A stretch of 39,993 nucleotides of DNA from Minisyncoccota bacterium (lineage in GTDB: Bacteria > Patescibacteriota > Minisyncoccia > Phycocordibacterales > UBA9973). Below the pieces are notes generated by a model. It saw nothing but the letters and a program-made list of their open reading frames with translations. It was not told the DNA's origin and ran no database searches. Below are positions 36,920 to 39,993 of the stretch, in pieces. The position numbers were made by a program, and so were the translations under genes. Position 1 is the first letter of the stretch, and every line of letters begins with the position of its first letter. The stretch covers positions 1-39,993 of the forward strand of contig JALOQM010000005.1 of the NCBI GenBank assembly GCA_025453495.1, in the 5' to 3' direction.

Positions 36920-38881
36920 ATGAATTCTGAAGATACAGTAACTTATTTTGGCGCGGCCGATTATCGTGGCAAAAAAACTAAATTTGGCATCAAAGCCAAG
37001 GATCGAGCTCGCCATGTGTATGTCATCGGTAAGACTGGTATGGGTAAGTCGACCCTACTTGAAAACATGGCCGTACAAGATATTTTGAGCGGGGAAGGCA
37101 TGGCATTTATTGATCCACACGGTGGCACGGCCGATAAACTACTCGAATATATCCCTGAAGAGCGCATCAAAGACGTTGTCTATTTCGCGCCATTTGATCT
37201 TGAGAATCCAGTCTCATTTAATGTGCTTGAAGATATCGGCTTTGACAAGCGTCATCTCGTTGCAAGTGGTCTCATGAGTACTTTTAAGAAAATCTGGGTT
37301 GATGCCTGGAGTGCTCGCATGGAGTACATATTGAACAACACACTTCTCGCATTACTTGAATATCCAAACTCGACGCTGCTTGGTGTCAACCGCATGCTTG
37401 CAGAAAAAGACTTCAGAAATGCTGTTGTTGCAAATGTGAAAGATCCTTCAGTGAAGTCATTTTGGACCGAAGAATTCGCAAAGTTCTCCGCAAGTTATAT
37501 GCAAGAAGCAGGCGCTGCGATTCAAAATAAGATTGGACAATTCACTGCCAATCCAATTATTAGAAATATCATCGGCCAACCCAAGTCGAGTTTTGATATT
37601 CGTAAACTCATGGATGAGAAGAAAATTCTCATCATGAACCTCTCTAAAGGACAGATTGGTGAACAGAATGCATCACTTTTGGGCGGTATGCTTATCACGA
37701 AGATTTATCTTGCTGCCATGTCACGCGCTGACATGAGCGGATTTGAACTTAAAAAACTTCCGAATTTTTACTTTTACGTCGACGAATTTCAGTCGTTTGC
37801 AAATGCGACCTTTGCAGACATTTTGTCAGAAGCGAGAAAATATAAACTCAATCTGACGATCGCGCATCAATATATCGAGCAAATGGAGGAAGAAGTGCGC
37901 GATGCGGTGTTTGGGAACGTCGGTACCACTATTGCTTTTCGCGTTGGTCCTTTTGACGCTGAAGTGCTTGAGAAAATTTTTGCGCCGACCTTTTCACGTG
38001 AAGACCTCGTGAATATCAGTAAGTACCAGATCTATTTGACGCTTATGGTGGACGGGATTGGCTCACGACCTTTCTCAGCAGCGACGCTTGATGCTATACC
38101 TCTTCGTGAAGATTCCAACAAAGAACGAGTAATCCGAAGCTCACAAGAATTATTTGGTCGGCCAAGGAAGATAGTTGAAGAAGAAATCAATGCATGGTTT
38201 GCGCCAATCACACCGCCACAGCGCCCTCGTCCGCAAGGAGAAGGAGAAGGAAACACTGGGCGTCCGCGCTCATTTATCGAAGAAAGGGCACCACGTTCTG
38301 CTGATCGATTTGAAAAGCCACGACCTGAATATAATCGTGATGGACCATCTCGCCCGCGTCCTGCTGGAGATGGAGAAGTACATACTCGTCAGCCACGCCC
38401 TCATTCATTTACCGAAGATAGACCACAGAGACTACAACACCAGAAGGCGGAAGAAAAGAAGCCGTTTGCAAGTCTCAAAGACATGCTTGCTATGCTTGAG
38501 AGTGGTGAAGTGAAAGAAGTCAAAGAAGTACCTTCTATTCCTCCGCAAACACATCCACCAAGATCTCCTGTGCCGACACGATCTGAGAATAGTCGTCCTA
38601 TGAGACACCCACAACATGAGCGATCAGCCACACGAGCACCAGTGCAGTCAACTCCTCGTACAATTCCACTTTCGTCATTGAAACAACCACCAGTACAATC
38701 ACAAAATCTCTCTGCACTCAGAGACGTACTTGCATCAGTGACAAAGGCAACCGAAGCTCCTGTTTCAACACCCGCGCCTCTTCCAAAACAACAAGAAGTA
38801 CCTAGATCTGCTACCGTTCCTTCGATACAACAGCAAAGAAAAGAAGTCTCGGAAGATGTCCTTCGAAAGATTTTGGAGTAG
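36920..38881 (+). CDS. Type IV coupling protein / HerA-FtsK-like (VirD4/DUF87-type) ATPase with a long disordered tail
   Basis: DRARHVYVIGKTGMGKS, FIDPHG, YVDEFQSF, LSEARKY, IAHQY, VFGNVGT; ~220-aa P/R/S-rich C-terminus; TATACT 8 nt before the ATG. Confidence 0.88.
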   Translation: MNSEDTVTYFGAADYRGKKTKFGIKAKDRARHVYVIGKTGMGKSTLLENMAVQDILSGEGMAFIDPHGGTADKLLEYIPEERIKDVVYFAPFDLENPVSFNVLEDIGFDKRHLVASGLMSTFKKIWVDAWSARMEYILNNTLLALLEYPNSTLLGVNRMLAEKDFRNAVVANVKDPSVKSFWTEEFAKFSASYMQEAGAAIQNKIGQFTANPIIRNIIGQPKSSFDIRKLMDEKKILIMNLSKGQIGEQNASLLGGMLITKIYLAAMSRADMSGFELKKLPNFYFYVDEFQSFANATFADILSEARKYKLNLTIAHQYIEQMEEEVRDAVFGNVGTTIAFRVGPFDAEVLEKIFAPTFSREDLVNISKYQIYLTLMVDGIGSRPFSAATLDAIPLREDSNKERVIRSSQELFGRPRKIVEEEINAWFAPITPPQRPRPQGEGEGNTGRPRSFIEERAPRSADRFEKPRPEYNRDGPSRPRPAGDGEVHTRQPRPHSFTEDRPQRLQHQKAEEKKPFASLKDMLAMLESGEVKEVKEVPSIPPQTHPPRSPVPTRSENSRPMRHPQHERSATRAPVQSTPRTIPLSSLKQPPVQSQNLSALRDVLASVTKATEAPVSTPAPLPKQQEVPRSATVPSIQQQRKEVSEDVLRKILE

Positions 38882-38942
38882 TGATCTTTTGGTTAGCTAT
38901 ATTTTAAATTTCTTTTATTCTTAATCTGTTACATTTCGGCAT

Positions 38943-39993
38943 ATGAAACATATATGCCGTTTTGTTTTTTGTATGCTGCTTATATTGTGTGCTCACAGTA
39001 CTAGCGCATACTCGCAAGTACTTGTCAGTGAAGTCATGTATGACCTACCAGGGTCAGACAGTAAACGTGAATGGATAGAAGTATACAATAGTGGTGATAC
39101 AACACTCGACTTTACGAAATGGAAGCTTTTTAAAAAAGAGACTAATCACGGCATCAAGCAATTCAAGGGCAGTACTGTGCTCTCTCCTGGTGAGTTTGCA
39201 GTTATAGCAGCAAATGGTGAGCAGTTTATGATTGAGTATCCTCAATACGCAGGTATTCTTTTTACAAGCAGTTTTTCACTTTCTAATGACGGGGGAATTA
39301 TCGGGCTAAAGGATAGTAGTCTCAATATCGTCCATCAAGTCTCCTATGAGAGTACAGCCGGTGCATCAGGTGACGGTACTAGTCTCCAGAAATTACATGA
39401 CACATGGAGTGTGGCACCACCGACGCCTGGCCGGACAAATGAACCTGCATTAGCAAAAGATACTGCTTCAGTAACTTCTCCAGAAGTATTGAACGGAATT
39501 ATTTCAGTTGCCGGTGATCCTATTGCTGGTGAGGTGCTTACATTTACAGCTAATGTACAACATACTGTCGGAGATAAGTGTGTTTGGAATTTCGGAGATG
39601 GTACAACGGTACTAGGTACTCTAGATGCTCAAACAGAGCATATCTTTGATTTTGCCGGTACCTATGCTGTTGTTGTTGAATGCGGTGACAAAGCTCCGGT
39701 TTCACCATATGCACGTCTTGTGATTACTATTACTGAAAGAAGGGCGCTCACAGAGACGATTACAACACCCATACACAACACTGCTTCTGTAGCAGAAGTA
39801 CGATCTCTCGATAGTAGTGATCTGATAACACCGGTGGTAGTTACAGAAGGAGAAATCAATAACACCATGTCCGAGAGTTCAAGTGTTTCGCAGACTACTA
39901 CGGCTATTAATGCAAATACTCCACTTTGGTCATGGCTTCTTGGATTAGCGGGATTTGTGGTACTCGCTGTGATTGCGCTTCGGTTGTTTGGCA
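38943..39993 (+). CDS. Exported lamin-tail domain plus PKD domain protein with a C-terminal TM anchor (runs off the window)
   Basis: Signal peptide, VSEVMYDLPGSDSKREWIEVYN, SLSNDG and TPG (LTD), WNFGDG (PKD), hydrophobic WSWLLGLAGFVVLAVI; not in the ORF track because there is no stop. Confidence 0.85.
   Translation, partial: MKHICRFVFCMLLILCAHSTSAYSQVLVSEVMYDLPGSDSKREWIEVYNSGDTTLDFTKWKLFKKETNHGIKQFKGSTVLSPGEFAVIAANGEQFMIEYPQYAGILFTSSFSLSNDGGIIGLKDSSLNIVHQVSYESTAGASGDGTSLQKLHDTWSVAPPTPGRTNEPALAKDTASVTSPEVLNGIISVAGDPIAGEVLTFTANVQHTVGDKCVWNFGDGTTVLGTLDAQTEHIFDFAGTYAVVVECGDKAPVSPYARLVITITERRALTETITTPIHNTASVAEVRSLDSSDLITPVVVTEGEINNTMSESSSVSQTTTAINANTPLWSWLLGLAGFVVLAVIALRLFG

Noticed and set aside
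1-39993. CRISPR array, transposase, integrase, prophage or alternative genetic code
   Set aside because: No regularly spaced repeats or such proteins were found; TGA terminates genes such as mreC, and conserved genes are uninterrupted

Overview
Bacterial chromosomal window using the standard code (TGA is a stop). It is most consistent with a Patescibacteria/CPR (Parcubacteria-like) genome, inferred from the compact RpoB, short ProRS and UvrC, the T4CP-like and lamin-tail/PKD genes, and many near-leaderless starts. The backbone is housekeeping: rpoB-rpoC-dnaG-rpoD, a GT2/CxxC-protein/Clp-like ATPase cluster, tRNA-Thr, tsf-rpsB, proS-mreB-mreC-tgt, uvrB, uvrA, uvrC and tRNA-Ala. Two accessory blocks interrupt it. 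The first is an AT-rich three-gene insert (25.0-27.1 kb) bounded by a degraded duplicate of the uvrB 3' segment. The second follows tRNA-Ala (32.2-36.8 kb) and holds small ORFs, a two-component system with an intervening peptide ORF, and a broken radC. The standout is a ~380-nt minus-strand non-coding unit (about 32712 to 32329) with its own promoter and terminator. It reproduces 16S rRNA helices 35-40 with compensatory base changes and carries an exact copy of the universal 16S 1388-1404 sequence in permuted order, making it a candidate stand-alone 16S rRNA-mimic RNA. All comparisons were done by eye and from memory; no searches were run.
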